This document shows, piece by piece, positions 1 through 14,658 of a DNA stretch of 64,000 nucleotides. The position numbers and the translations under genes are program-made. Source of the stretch: the human T2T-CHM13v2.0 reference genome, Homo sapiens; contig CP086569.2 of assembly GCA_009914755.4 (NCBI GenBank), forward strand, positions 22,208,001 to 22,272,000. Direction: 5' to 3'. Numbering within the stretch: the stretch's first letter is position 1; each line of letters begins with the position of its first letter. The notes beneath the pieces were generated by a model. The model was given only the letters and a program-made list of their open reading frames with translations. It ran no database searches and was not told the DNA's origin.

Positions 1-360
1 ATGTACATATCTCAGCATTATTGCTATTTCCAGTAACAAAGCTGAACTTGCTTGTTTATACTATAGACAATTTAAAGTAAAGAAAACTACCACATTAGCT
101 TCTACATTTCAAAGTAAAACTAAGTAAAATTTGGTCATTTTTTATTACCATGTCTGTATACTTTTACTGCATTTGTATATGCAATTTGATGTAAGTAATT
201 CAAAGTTAACATTACTATTAATGGTATTGACTATGGATGCTCTTTTTTCTATTGGCCCTTTTTTTTGTTCACACTTAGGCAATTTCCTACATTTTGCTAC
301 TAAATATTTTTTCAGATAACTTTCTTCTGCATTCCTACTTTCCTAATGTACAAGGAAACT

Positions 361-820
361 TGTAAGTAGGGATTTTAAGTTGGTAGTCATACAGCAACAC
401 ACATGTACATTTGTACGTGTTTAATATAAACAGACCAGTAAGAGAATATAAAGAGCAAAATAAAACAAGTAAATATTGCCCAGTTCTCAAATGAAGAAAC
501 CAGTCTTCATGGCAAAATCTTTAGCATGAAGTCATATGCCACTCTACAAAATAAACAATGGTCCAGAGCTTGTAACCCAGCACTTTCGGGTGTAAGTAGG
601 GATTTTAAGTTGGTAGTCATACAGCAACACACATGTACACTTGTACATGTTTAATATAAACAGACCAGTTAGAGACTATAAAGAGCAAAATAAAACAAGT
701 AAATATTGCCCAGTTCTCAAATGAAGAAACTAGTCTTCATGGCAAAATCTTTAGCATGAAGTCATATGCCACTCTACAAAATAAACAATGGTTCAAGCTT
801 GTAACCCAGCACTTTCGGAG
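361..820. repeat. Tandem duplication, 2 x 230 bp (units 361-590 and 591-820)
   Basis: Both units begin 'tgtaagtagggattttaagttggtagtcatacagcaacacacatgtaca' and are nearly identical. Each ends in 'cttgtaacccagcactttcgg', the 5' portion of the adjoining Alu. Confidence 0.9.
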
Positions 821-1076
821 GCCGAGAAAGTCAGAGCACTGTAGATGAGGAGTTCAAGACCAGCCTGGCCAACACCAGGAAACCCCATCTCTGCCAAAAA
901 TATGAAAATTAGCCGGACATGGTGTTGCATGCCTGTAGTACCTTAACTTGGGAGGCTGAGGCGTGATAATTGTTTGAACCCAGGAGGCTGAGTCTACAGT
1001 GAGCTGAGACTGCACCATGTACCCTAGCCTGGGTGACAGAGCGAGACTTCAGCTCAAAAATAAATATGAAAGTAAA
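790..1076 (+). mobile_element. Alu SINE (5' end shared with the tandem duplication), A-rich tail
   Basis: 'cccagcactttcggaggccgag...ggaggctgaggc...gcctgggtgacagagcgagact..caaaaataaa' matches the Alu consensus. Confidence 0.9.
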
Positions 1077-1216
1077 CATGTATACATATGTAACAAACCT
1101 GCACATTGTACATATGTACCCTGGAACTTAAAGTATAATAAATAAATAAATATATATATATATATATAAATAAAATAGACATGGTATCCTTCACGTCAGG
1201 CTGTTATCATATTTTC

Positions 1217-1378
1217 TTTCTTTTTTTTTTTTTTAAGACAGTGTCTCACTCTGTTGTCCACACTGGATTGCATTGGCATCATCATAGCTCACTGCAGGCT
1301 TGAACTCCTGAGTTCAAATGCTCGGGTCTCCCATTTCAGCCTCCTTAGTAGCTGGAATTACAGGCACACACAACCATG
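1217..1378 (-). mobile_element. Partial Alu (right monomer), minus orientation
   Basis: A poly-T run is followed by 'agacagtgtctcactctgttgtccacactggattgcattggcatcatcatagctcactgcag..cctcc..agtagctgg.attacagg'. Confidence 0.85.
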
Positions 1379-4235
1379 TGCAGTGTGTGTGGGGGTTCTT
1401 TTTGTTTGTGAACTATATTTTCTTTTGAATCACATCTTTTTAGAACCCAGTCTTTATGTTCATTATTTTAGTTAAACTCTGTTTCAACTGCAATGCGCTT
1501 CTATATTAACTTTTGTTTTTTCATGGGGTAGCATGGGATACACTTTCCAAGCTCTGGTATATGTAAAGTTGTCTTTCCACTAATTTTCCATGAGTTTGAA
1601 AATTTAGGTGTATGAAATTTTGGGTCAGGCCATATTTTTTACCAAGAATTCTTTAGACATTGCCAAATATTCTGGAGTTTTTTTTATAGAACAGACATGT
1701 GAGGCCGATTTGACCAGTGACTTCTATTCAGGAAAATTCTTAATTTATTTTTATAAGATTTTTTAACACATTAAATTCAAAAATTTGACCAGGATAAGCT
1801 CAATGCCTCTCCCAGTTTATATAAGTGAGGTTAACACAAGACCATTGTGTACTCTGCTGTTTGTTTATGCCATTAATTTACCTTGCTGAATGATCACTAC
1901 CTGTTGACCTGCCTCCCTCCTTGCCTCCTCATAGACTCCACTTACCTCTTCAGCCACATTAATGTTGGCTTTTTAAATGTTGTATCTTTAGCATGTTGCA
2001 CAGTGCTTGATACAGCATAACTCTCAATAAATATTTGTTGAGGGGATGAGTAAGCCAGCAAATATAAACCTTTCATAAAATTCCAGAATTTGACACCATT
2101 TTTGTAAGTGAAGTTGAATGCAATCCATGGGATAGACATGTTTAAGAATGATAATTAAGAGTCTATATATTTTTAAATAAAAAATTGAAAGATGATTAAA
2201 ATATTGGTGTGAAAATTAAAAACATTATTTGATGTTATTTAATAATATTTGATAGCACATTATCAAATATTATGAATGAATTCAAGTTGCCTTATCTTTA
2301 GTGCATCTATTGACTCTTTCATGGATGTTTACTTCATTATGGTAACTTTTAGTGATTTCTGATGCTATGTTTATTCCTAGTAGGCACTGTCTTTTCTGGG
2401 AGCAACCTGCATTTTGGATGCTAGTGCACACATGCGTTTCCATTTTACCTCTGAGAGGAGGCAAAATTTATTCTCAATGCAGTAGATGCCCATCCATAAA
2501 GTAAAAGTTCTAATTGAGTTGCATGTGGGTAGGCTTGTGTTCCAGTTGCTGACAGGCCTCTCTCTCCCACACTACCCCCAAGTGACATGCAGAAGGAACG
2601 CTGCCAATGCCATTTTCCAGTAGAATAACCAGATCATGTTTCACAGTTCTGAGTTTATATGGAGGTTTTGTGCCTTTCAACTTATGAGAACCTCATCTTG
2701 CACCCTTAGTTTGGAATCAGAACCCATGATATCACCCTGCAAAGTGTAAATTTGTGTTGAAAAACAGTAAGTCCACCTTGGCTTCAGCTCTAGCTTACTG
2801 CATGGGCTTTATGATCCTGCTTCATATCCCATGTGTGATTTTTTTGAGTTCTATTAAAACTATTAATATTTAATAGTTTTCATTTACACAGCATCCTTAG
2901 GTTTTTGGAGGAGAAGTTCACTCTGCTGTGTCAAATGGACATGTTTACATTTCCAGGGTCTTCCCAAATCTGTGGGACATGGTGGTGCCTCCTGAATTCA
3001 CCATTAAATGAATAAAGCAAGTGTGAATATGCTATGAGAGTCATAATGCCGACGTTCATTCAGAGAGTAGACAATAGAACCCAAAACGTTTCAGGAAAAA
3101 TAATAAGAAATAATGGGAAAGGGGAGAGTATAAAACAGCCGACAACCCAACACTAAGGAATAATTTCTGTGACTTGCAAAAACTTCCTGAGACCAGATTT
3201 ATGTAGGAAAGTATTTTTAAAGTCACCAGAATGAACCTAGTTTTGCCATGTGATGCTTTCATTTTTTCATTTTATTAAGGTTCTATAACTCTTCACTAAA
3301 TACATGCTATAAAACTTCTGCCCAATCAAAGAAAGATGTCATCAAAAATAAATAGTTTGGAATAGTGAAAATACCATCTAATGCAAATTTCTGGTAGCAA
3401 ATTCCTTTCTGTAACACCCCTGGCTTGACAAATTTGGATCATGCCACACATGAATTTTTTTTTTTTTTTTTTTGGCAATAATGTTAGTTCTCTCCCAAAT
3501 AGAAACTTCGTGTTGACACCTTTCCAGAAGTACCCGTGCTGGCTAATTCTTTAAAAAATGTCTTTCATTGTTCAAAGAAAAGAAAACATTGAACGTATTT
3601 CTCTGTGTATTTATTTTCCATTTGATAAAAAAATTAGTTTAACCAACTAGGACATGCATTCCATTCTCTCAGCCCCTGTGGTAACAGAGCTTTTTTTTTT
3701 CATCTGCATTTGCTAAATATATTATGAATGGCAGGACAGTAGTTGCTAGGAAAGTAGATTATAAAGATAAATGTAAGAAGCATTATGTTATTTCCCCAAA
3801 GAGTTTCAAATGTGCCTTTTTGCCTCCTATATCCCATAAAAACAAGGACAACTATACCAGCTGCTCTGTACTGTCAGAAGCATGATATTTCTTCTTCTTC
3901 TAGCACCAGCCACCACTCCCAAAGGAAAGAAAGTCTCCCAAGCCTGAAGTAAACAGGTGGAGCTTTCACCAGTGCTACAGATAAAACAATAGGACCTGAT
4001 AACTCTCTGCTGACAGTGTTTTTCCATTAAAAAAAATAAATAAAGTATAAAAGACATGAAATTCAGACATTAAAAACAGTTCTTTGGATATTAAAAATTG
4101 TAGTTTTCTGATATTTTTTAACAGTTATATCTGTTTCTTTGGCAATGTTTCACTCAGCAGGAGTGAAAACAAAGAGACTTAACTCCTTACAAGACTGAAT
4201 AATACATGGATTACTCGCTTCCATTAATATGAACA

Positions 4236-4372
4236 CTTTCTTTTGTGTTATTGCATTTTTGTACAATGTAATAACACAAAGGGAACTAGTGTTATTGCAT
4301 TGTACAAAATGCACTGTACAAAATACATTGTACAAAATTGTGTTATTGCATTGTACACAATTTACAATGTGT
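4236..4372. repeat. Degenerate tandem repeat, about 21-27 bp unit (gtgttattgcattgtacaaaat)n
   Basis: 'tgttattgcattgtacaaaatgcactgtacaaaatacattgtacaaaattgtgttattgcattgtacacaa' shows visible periodicity. Confidence 0.7.
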
Positions 4373-6151
4373 TAGTTTATGTTAAAATCAGAAACACCAT
4401 TCAAGTGCCATAAAAATGTGAGATGTAAATTATTCTTTATTTTGTAGGCTTTATTATATTCTATCAAATGGTGAGATTAGACATTTTCTTTCTCTTAATA
4501 AAAACATAAGATTACACTTTCAAAAAAGCCTGAGAAGTGCTACCCTGAGGATCTTGATTTCAACGTTCTTGAATACTGGCCACAAAGTAGTAAGTTACTG
4601 TTTGATACTGGAAAAAAACATCCCAACACAACTCCCACTAAGATAGGGAAGTATATCATTCCAAGCTTGACAAATTACAATATGATGATTGCCTAAAGGG
4701 AATTCCAAATCTTATGGCAATGTTTTCTCCCTTCACACATGCTCACTTTAACACTTTGTTGAATTCCCATCATGAACTCACACATGCACACACATCCCAC
4801 CCCATCACGTTCTGCAGTGGAAACACTGCTGGCTCTGTCCTGGTGAAGGGCAGAGAAATCAAAATCTATTGAGTCCCCATCAATAAGCTCATAGGCTGGT
4901 ACCTCTAGACTCCTCTGAAACAGTCAGAAGAAGCTTCAGAAAAGTTTCCAAAAAAAAAAAATCTAGATTCATAATTTAGCCTTGATACTTAGGAGAGTTG
5001 GTGCTGGTATTTATTTATTTTTTAACCTTTGTTTCATTGTTTGTAAAATGACTAAAATAACCTGTGTCATTTCTTACCCAATGATTTTTATCATAAGCAG
5101 GTGAGATAACATATGTAGAAATCTGGAAATTGTTTATAAAATTTAATATTCCTATATTTGGAAGGTTTATATTTGGTATATTTAGCAAATGTGCATGCCT
5201 TTCTATGTGCCAATCTTCTAAGTGGCCTAAGTTTGTAACTCATTTAATCATCCCAATATGTGTATGAAGTATAAATGATTATCAGCCCCATTTGATATAC
5301 CAGTAAACTGAGACACTGAGAGACAAAGTAATTCACTGATGCTATTAATACCTACACTATACCAGTGTTTTATGGATGTCACTGACTGAACTCATGCCAT
5401 GCATATACTATCCCATGCTTAGGCTGTAAGACCAGTAGACTGGTATATAAGTTGGTTTAACTATACAATATTAAAGAGATTCCACATAGAATCCCTCAAA
5501 ATACAGTGCGAGGCAGTCCTAGGACAAAGTTAGAAGAGAGAAATCAAAATATCTAAATTTTCTAAATGGAAACAACGGACTTTGGCCATGGAGGAACAAA
5601 GAATAATGATAGTGACCTGCTCCTGAACAGCCCTTAACTGCATAAGGCTGGGCCCTTCGACTGTCCTTTGTTCGTATCATTATCATAGTACTTTGTAAGC
5701 AATAGCAGAAATTTAAAATGTGGCAATGAAGTATTTGAGATATGATTCATCCTATTGGTGAGAGTAAGATGATGAAATGAAAATGTTATTAAATTAAAAT
5801 GAGCAGGGGAAAGATGGGAATACAAAGAAGTAAGTATCAGCAAATTGCTCAGATAATGCAGAAAGAGCTAAAAGAATGTATCAGAGTAATTCTACCCATA
5901 ATGTACTATTTGACTAGAACACCACATCCTTAAGAGCTAACCTTAAGTAGGCATGGCACCAACACTACTTTTATGCGCAAAGCAGAAATTTAGATGCATT
6001 TATAGAGTGTGTTATGGCATATATACTACTTCCCTTCAGCTACTCGATCACTCTGTTTTTTATGACTACTTTTTTAGAGATTTTAATATTGCTTCCTAGT
6101 TACCAATTACCTAATCACATAACATTAATTTCTAGCATGCACTTTAACTGC

Positions 6152-6257
6152 CAGAAGGAGAGATGACTGTGGTAATGGGGCAAAGCTAGTTTATTTGTGA
6201 TCTCAGAAGGAGAGATGACTTTGGTAAGATGGCATAGCTAGTTTATTTGTGATCTAT
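6152..6257. repeat. Tandem duplication, 2 x about 53 bp
   Basis: 'cagaaggagagatgactgtggtaatggggcaaagctagtttatttgtgatct' is followed by 'cagaaggagagatgactttggtaagatggcatagctagtttatttgtgatct'. Confidence 0.85.
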
Positions 6258-6710
6258 CACTGAGTAACAAATTTTAGCAAAACTTAGTGGCTTAAAGAAA
6301 CACCGTTAGTTATTTCACAGTTTCTGTGGGTCTGGAAACTGGGCATGGTTATCAGGGTATGTCTGGCCCAAGGCTTCTCACAAAATTGCAATCAAGGTGT
6401 TAGCCAGGATTTCAGTCATTGTAAAACACGTGGGGAAGATGTGCTTCCAAGCTTGTTCACGTGGCTGTTGGCAGGATTTAGTTCTTCATGGGCTGTTGGG
6501 CTAAGGACCTCAGTTCCTAACTGGCTATTAGCTAAAGGCTGTCTCTGCTGTACTGACACATGAGTGTGCTCATAATGCAGCTCGAACATGACAGCCAGCT
6601 GTCCAGGAAAGAGCTTGGATAGGGGATGGGTAAGGTGTTCCACATGTGGGCTTCCACAGGTGAGATGTATAGGCAAGGTACTTTAAAATATTAGTAAAAT
6701 AAATGGTTAA

Positions 6711-7012
6711 GGGGACCATGCATGCTGGCTTGTTCCTATAATTCTAGCACTTTGAGAGATCAAGGCAGGAAGATCGCTTGAGGCCAGGAGTCTGAGAGTA
6801 GCCTGGGCAACATAGCAAGACCCATCTCTACAATAAATACATAAATAAACATTTCACTTGGCATGGTAGTGTCCATCTGTTGTTCCAGCCACTTGGGAGG
6901 CTGAGATGGGAGGACCACTTGAGCCCAGGATTTCAGGACTGCAGGGAGCTATAATCACGCCACTGTGCTCCAGCCTGGGCAACAGAGTGAGGCCCTATAT
7001 CAGGAAACAAAA
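6711..7012 (+). mobile_element. Alu SINE (older, AluJ/S-like)
   Basis: 'cactttgagagatcaaggcaggaagatcgcttgaggccaggagt...gcctgggcaacatagcaagacccatctc...ccagcctgggcaacagagtgag' is an Alu. Confidence 0.9.
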
Positions 7013-7865
7013 TAGTGAAGAGAAAACAGTGAAAGATGATGGCTGAACTAAAGTGTAAGAGAAGGTCTTTGGAAACTAGGAATTTCAGGAACTGGTATGA
7101 TTTGGTGGGCCTTTGTGTGAATGTTAAACTCACTGTAATCATTGACAGGAATTGGAATGGACAGGAAGATTGTGAGAATAAAGGGAGTGGGTCATAAATT
7201 TAGGAAAGTGTACTTGATATGATATTAGAAAGGGAGGAAGAAGAATCTGTGACCTCACTCAGGCCTTGCAGTATATGGAGTGTGAGGGAATAAGTGGCCT
7301 CTCCTTGGGTGGGCTGCAAGAGAAGTAGTGACTTCTATGGAGAACCTGTGTTACTTCAGGCACAAAGGTTGAAGGTTATTAATTGAGGTTGTTGTGTATA
7401 CAGAGGAGTTTCTTTATCATAAAGTATTAACTCTCGAATTGCCCAAACTCCCTTTCAAGCTGGCCTACTTGATAAGATGTTATAGTAAATCTTCTTCCTT
7501 CTGTATGTTGCTTTTCCTGTATCTCATATACCCCACTAAAGTACTCCATGCATGCTCTTTTATTTCAGGCTTGTTTTCTGGGGAACTCAAGCTAGGACAA
7601 AGGGAAAGGGAAATGTAATACTGTCTATTCAAAGGGGTTTATGTGTGCACATGTATCATATACATGATGTATACCAGTGAATGCTAGCAAATTATAATCA
7701 AACAAAACACTAAGATATGAATTATCCTATTTCTAGTAATTATCGTCATTATCATCACCGTCATAATTGTCACTCTCTTAAATTCACTGCAGGGTAACAA
7801 GCCATATGATTTAATCTGGGATGCTTACAGGAGGAGGCCCAGGCCAGACTGCAGGAGAGAAGGAG

Positions 7866-7921
7866 GATGTTTTTCTTCACCCAATTCATTAAGGATGTTT
7901 TTCTTCACCCAATTCACTGAT
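7866..7921. repeat. Tandem duplication, 2 x about 28 bp
   Basis: 'ttaaggatgtttttcttcacccaattca' is repeated immediately. Confidence 0.85.
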
Positions 7922-10251
7922 TTCATTAAGAAGACTAAATGTGTTTTTCCCTTTAAATTTACGTATTCTGTTCAGAATCCCTGAGATTACTAGAAGTTTT
8001 AGAAGGTAAAGCAACAACTTCTATACAAAAAGTTGGAAATTACGTGTCTTTACTAGTAATGAGAAAATGTTGAAAAAGACAACAATGAGTAGATAATTTA
8101 TAATCAGGGGAAAATTATAATTCTGAGAATGTATTAGGTTCCTAGAGCTGCCATAAAAATATTACCACATTTTGAATGGCTTTTAAAAACATAATTTTTT
8201 TTCTGCATTCTGGAAGCTAAAAGTCTGAAGTTAACATGTTGCCAGACCTCTCAGATTTCTAGAGGAGAATTCGTCCTTTCCCTTCCCATCTTCTGGTTGT
8301 TGCCAGCAATCCTTGGCCTTCATCAGTTTGTAGCTATATCACTTCAGCACCTACCTCTGTCTTCACATGGCTGTTTTCCCTCTGTGTGTGTCTCTGTGTC
8401 TCTAAATCTCTCTTTCTTTATAACGATACAAGACATTGAATTTAGGGCATACCCCAATCTAGTGTGACCTTACCTTAACTTGTTTATATTTGAAAAGCTT
8501 ATATTTCCAAATAAGGTTACAGTGACATGTCCCCAGGGTTAACATTTCAACAGTTTATTTATTTATTTATTTAGAAAATTCAACCAACTACAGGGTTATT
8601 ACCAAATAATAATTGGAATGTTGACACTAATTCCTACAAACCAAAGCTTCTACTAAAATAAATAAATAAAGATGAGGTAGCAAAGTAACAAATGTATTAC
8701 TCACGTAAACCACCAAATCTCACGACCTGGCTGGAAGCAGTCATGAGATTTGGCAGTTTACCTAAGTCAATGATGCCAAAGAAATTATCTTCCTAATCAC
8801 AATTAAGATAGTTCTCAGATTAGGCATATCCTTAGTCCTGCTGATGTGGTAGCTTTGCTTTGCTGTTCACAATTCTGGAGTTGAAAACTCCTTAGGGGCC
8901 TCATCCATTAAGAAAAACACAAATAAAAGGGGCAGACATCAGAGTTGTTTTCATACTTCAAATGACTGGATTCTGAGCTTCCCCGTTCTCTCAAGGTTCT
9001 CAGAGGTGGAGGGCTTAGCATCCAAACAATGTGAAAACGCATACTGTGAAACACTAAGCTTCTGTCTTACCAGAAACACCACTGGGAAGAAAAACAAAGG
9101 ATTTTCTCTATATTGACAAGTAACTTTGCTACAAAGGATATGTGAAAGCAAAGAGATTTCACTCCACTCTCACAGCCTTCAGCACTGCAAATATGTGCTG
9201 TCATGCAGACCAGCTCTCAGTTCTAAAATGTAGGACCCTCTAGGAGACTGGCTATCTACAGAAAGTACAAAAGTTGAGAGTCTTTTTACATGACCTCTTT
9301 AAACACACATTAATTTTGTTGTTGATGTTTGTTTCTTAAGGCCAACATGTTTTATTAATTGTACACCAATCTGTGCAATAATTTTCAAGGAAATATGAAT
9401 ATGGAGTTCACTTAGTGTAATATTTATGTTACACCCTCAAAAAATTCCAAATTGCAGATGTTTTACATCTTAAATCTCTTTATCGCCTTTGGTAATGGTT
9501 TTTCTAATATATATAATATTTTATTGTTGTTAAAAAAATTCAGCCTGATTAATTTTAGGATCAATAATTTATTATTAGAATATGAATCATTTATATAAAT
9601 ATATGACACAATCCTGTTGTATTTTTCTTTACCCCATTCTATGGACTCACTGTATTCTCTTCATTTGCATTACTGCAGTCTTCCTCTAAAACCAAGTAAG
9701 TTTACAAACAGATAAAAAATTGTTTGTTGTGTTTATTTCCTCACAGGTGTTTTTAGCTCCATTCTTTCATCATTAGTTCATTTTGTCAACAAGGATTGTC
9801 ACAAACTATGTAATTGTCACATTGAACTTTATGCCATTTTTCAACTGACGCCCCATATTCTAAACACAAACCTGAAATTCATATTTGCTTTAAAACCTGC
9901 TACTGGTCCCACAATACTCACCATTATTGAATTAGTTATCAATACTTTTGGTTTATGCATGTTTACCTTCCATTACACCTACTTGTTTTCAAAGGTCCTG
10001 TTCAGAACATATTTCTCAAATAACTTCCAAACCTAAAAATGAAAGTTCCTTCAAAATAATTTCTCCGTTTACAGCTTTGCCTTTTCTATATGACCTTCAG
10101 TTTATTTATCTATAAAATAAGTGATTAGATCATTACTATTCGAGTATACTACATCCTTTGCAGCCTTTTAAACTTGACAAAAGTCCTATATGCTAAGTGC
10201 TACTATAAATTAATATTACAAAAACTCAGTAAGAAATTACATTTGATATAA

Positions 10252-10588
<337 letters not shown>

Positions 10589-11849
10589 TTAATCATATTT
10601 GATAATGTTACTCGAGTATTTCAAGTAAAAAGATAATGTAAAGATAAACTTAATAGGTAAGAATACATAATTTTCCAAAAAATACATTTGAAGTCCTTTG
10701 CTTACACCATTTGACTTCATATGTTCCTGGCCTGCAACTAAGGATACAGTATTCAATTTGAATTTGTGTTAAGTCAGTAATTTTTGTTAGTTGTAATTGA
10801 TGAGTGATAGGTAATTTTATTTTTAGAGCCAAATGGAAAAATAGCATCAGATTAGACAGAATCCAGGCCAAAAAAAAAAAAAAAAAAAAAAAAACAGAGG
10901 TTGTAATCTGTAAAAGAAGAAAATCTACAAAATGTGTTTTCTCTTTTCCTTCTATTTCCTTCTATTGCTATGTGAACAAAGGGAATCAGGGATCTCAGAG
11001 CAGAGGAGCAAAGGGGAAAGGCCCAGATATTTAGGTTGATGAGAATATGAGTAATGCTAAAAACACAATGAATAAATAAACATGGAAAACATCCATTATT
11101 AGCCTAGTGGTTGCAATAAATACTTTAAGTAATCATAATGCAGAAACTTTTTCAGCAACTGTACTACATACAATATATTGTATTTTATAATAATCTGAAA
11201 CAAGAGAGTCAGTCCAAAAGTGACTCTAGTGTCAGTTTTGGAATTAATAGTGATAAATAACCAATCCATGTGTAAGTATATGAATTAGGTCTGATTAAAG
11301 CTAAAAGAGGAGAAAAAGTGAGGGAAAATATTCAGTTCTCCTTATTTACTAAGGAGAGATCTTGCTAAATAAGATTTATCTGCTTAACTTGTAACATTGC
11401 TTAAATTCAATTATTTAATTAATATACTACTTTTTTAAATAAGAAAGATGAGGTAATTAATATGTTGTGTCTCAGATACATCACTAACCCTTAATTTTTG
11501 CTATTCACATAGTGATGGTGACCACTGACAATAGTAAACAAATTTATTAATTCATTAAGTCAATCATATTGAATCAACAAAAATGTATTGTTTATCTAAA
11601 TGTTGTCAGAGTTGAATCTTGAAGCATAAATAAACAATACTTATTTATTAACATGCATGGCATTCTGCTGATCATTATGACCATATCTGCCTATGTGACA
11701 GCTTATAATTTTCCACACTCATGGTATTATGGGATAATTACCCAAGCCCCTACCCATTCACGTTAAAGTCCTAACACCGTTACATCAGAATGTTACTGTA
11801 TTTGAAGATAAGGACTTTAAAAAGGTAATTATGTTAAACTAAAGCTGTT

Positions 11850-12165
11850 GGATATGGTCTTATTCCAATCTCACTGGTGTCCTTGTAAGAAGAGGACATT
11901 TTGACACACAAGGGTACAGCAAGAATGCAAGAGCACGGAAATAAGACCACGTAAACAAACAAAGGGTGGGCCACCACCTGCAAGCCAAGGACAAAGGTAT
12001 CAGAAAAAATCAAAGCTGATGACAACTTGACTTGGACTACCAGCCTCCAGAACTAGGAGACAATAAATTTCTGGGTTTTTTTGATAATGTTACCAAGTGT
12101 CACCAAGTGTGTGATGTTTTGCTATGGCACTAAACTGCATAGGTCAAGGGCTGAAACAATATAAA
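11850..12165 (+). mobile_element. MaLR LTR fragment (MLT1/MST-like 3' portion)
   Basis: 'ggtgtccttgtaagaagaggacattttgacacac...caagccaaggacaaaggtatcagaaaaaatcaa.ctgatgacaacttgacttggactaccagcctccagaactaggagacaataaatttctg' matches the MaLR LTR consensus motif. Confidence 0.75.
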
Positions 12166-14361
12166 GGAGTTTCTTCAAAAATCTTTCCATTTACAACATT
12201 ATATTGCTGGGGTTTTTAGCTCCAGGGAATGACTGAATGAGTTTTTCTTTCAGATCTTTGGTGACCCATTATACGATAATAATATGCTACCAAGGAAGGC
12301 ACTTGCACTGGCTTTCCTCTACTCTGCCTTCTGGACTTCAGTTTTGTTTTCACCAGATTGATTTTCCAGCCACTACATAGGACCTCTCTGGTCAGCCAAA
12401 GCAGTGGGCATCATAGCTGAGAACTAAGGTTGCTGAACTTCATTCAGACCATCTCAGTGAGCTAGCCATCCACCAGCTGCTATGGGCTGTCCAGGGCCAG
12501 GAAAAAACTGAGCTGAGGTCCTGACAGTGAGACCTCCTGTAGTTTTCACAGCAGGCACCTTACTCTCTTCACTTGAGTTCCAGCCCTGCTGATGCCACAG
12601 CCCTCCCAAGTATTTCCTGACATTCCTTCAGAGCTTTTATAGTTTTGTGGGAAGGACACAGGAGATAGTTACAGGAGATTAGAAAAATATGTTAGCTTTG
12701 AAAATAAGTACTAAATGAATGATCGAAGTGAATTCTTCATGAGTTCAGGACATAGATTGCTTTGCCTCAATGCTATAAATAGAGCTTCAGAGAGAATGGG
12801 AAGCTTGGATGATGTATAAAATTTTCACAATGACTGGAAGCTGTTATCTTCAAATCAAACAATTTAAAAAGACAGAAAATAAGTATTATATATAATTTAG
12901 AAGCTTCAGAGAAAACATGAGTGAGAAGTCTGGCTATGCCAGTTACCAACTGTGTAGCATGGAGCAAATTACAAACTCTCTCAACTTCTATTTCCTCATG
13001 TGGTTGTTTAGATGATTAGAAATAACCTGTATAAAATGACTTACTTTTTGCCAGGCAAATGGCCTGAACTCACTAAATGGTTGTACACTTGTTAACATTG
13101 TTTAATGATTAATGCCAGTCTAACCATGATCATCTCAGCCATCCTTATTTTATCACTCCTATGAGTGAAGGATGTCAGAAATCAAAATAGACCTCAGCAA
13201 TGATTTAGTCCAGTCTGCTCATTTTCTGGAGAAAATGAATGCCCAGAGAAATTAAAGGACTTGGCCTAGGATACAGAGCCAGTTGGCAGCAGAGACAGCA
13301 TCAGCCACAAAACATACACTTTTTTTACTCTGGATCAGAATACTTTTCATTTTAGATTCCTTTACTGAAAGCGGTACACATATCTTAAGTATGTATTTTT
13401 AAAACCGTACGAATTACATATGAAATGTGAATGAACTGAAGTAGATGGAAAGACATTAAATCTAAGTGTTGTGGTAGTGCTACAAATTTACACATAGAAC
13501 ACCTGTGATGTAGCAGTACTTGAAAGTTTTTGGGTGTGATTTATCAACCTAATCTTCCTCACAAGCCCTGACCCTGACAAATTTATGGTGGAGGTTTGAA
13601 GTGGCTAATGAATAGTATCTAACATTATTGTTTGTTTGTTTGCTTTTCAGAAAAGAGCTTTGTTTTACACAGTGCCACTTATGAGTTGCAAAGTAGCAAG
13701 TGAGAATGTAGGGAGGGGCACAAGTGGAACACTTACCCTTGCAAAAGTGGAAAAGAGTTGGAAGACTCTTGATGTGACCTTTGGGCCCCTGGTTTCACCC
13801 AGATCTTCGCTGTAGGATTTCTGGTTCATTTCTGAGACTCTCATGCTCTGTAATGAGTGACAGCATAAATTTGTGACTTGTATTGGATACTTCAGGAGTT
13901 AACTGTGATCTTATTTTCAAAAATTTGAATATAAATAAATACATACATATATTAATAAATAAACCCTCTATTAGATGCCCAACTAGGCTGTTTATATGGT
14001 GGCTTCAGCACCATGACTACCTTACCTCTTGTCAGGGTAGCCCTGGGAATGCCTCCCAGCACTGCGCTGAGTTCACTTCAGTCTTTTCCAGGAGAAACGT
14101 GGGCACGTCAGAGTCCTATCCTTGCCCCCATATATAAGAGCATCTCTGAACCTTCTCTCAGCATTCTCTCTCTGCTTAACAATGCCATGTCTTCATTTTA
14201 CATTTTCTGTGCCATGGGTGACCTCTGTTGCCACAAACACCACATGCTGAAGTTCTTTTTCAGAGATCAAATCACAGGTGGGCAAATTTCCTTTAACTCC
14301 ACGCCTCTGACTCTGGGATTTCAGAAGAGTGGGAAAAACCTATGCTCTTTGTGTTTTACTA

Positions 14362-14658
14362 TATTTTTTCCTTTCTTTTTGTGTGTTTTGCTCTTGTTGC
14401 CCAGGCTGGAGTACAATGGGGCCATCTCGGCTCAACACAACCTCTGCTTCCTGGGTTCAAGCGATTCTCCTGCCTCAGTCTCTGGAGTTATCTAGGATTA
14501 CAGACATGCACGACAACACCCGGCTAATTTTGTATTTTTAGTAGAGATGCGGTTTCTCCATGTTGGACATCTGGTCTCAAACTCCCGACCTCAGGTGCTC
14601 CACCCGCCTCACCCTGGAAATGTGCTGGGATTACAGGCATGAGCCACTGCACCTGGCC
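14362..14658 (-). mobile_element. Alu SINE, minus orientation
   Basis: A poly-T run is followed by 'gctcttgttgcccaggctggagtacaatgg...ctgggattacaggcatgagccactgcacctggcc'. Confidence 0.95.

Noticed and set aside
14013-14541. 160-aa and shorter ORFs at 14.0-14.5 kb
   Set aside because: The 3' half lies in a minus-orientation Alu (the classic Alu-derived 'LLPRLEYNGAISAQHNLCFLGSSDSPASVS' translation). There is no ATG-context, splice or homology support.
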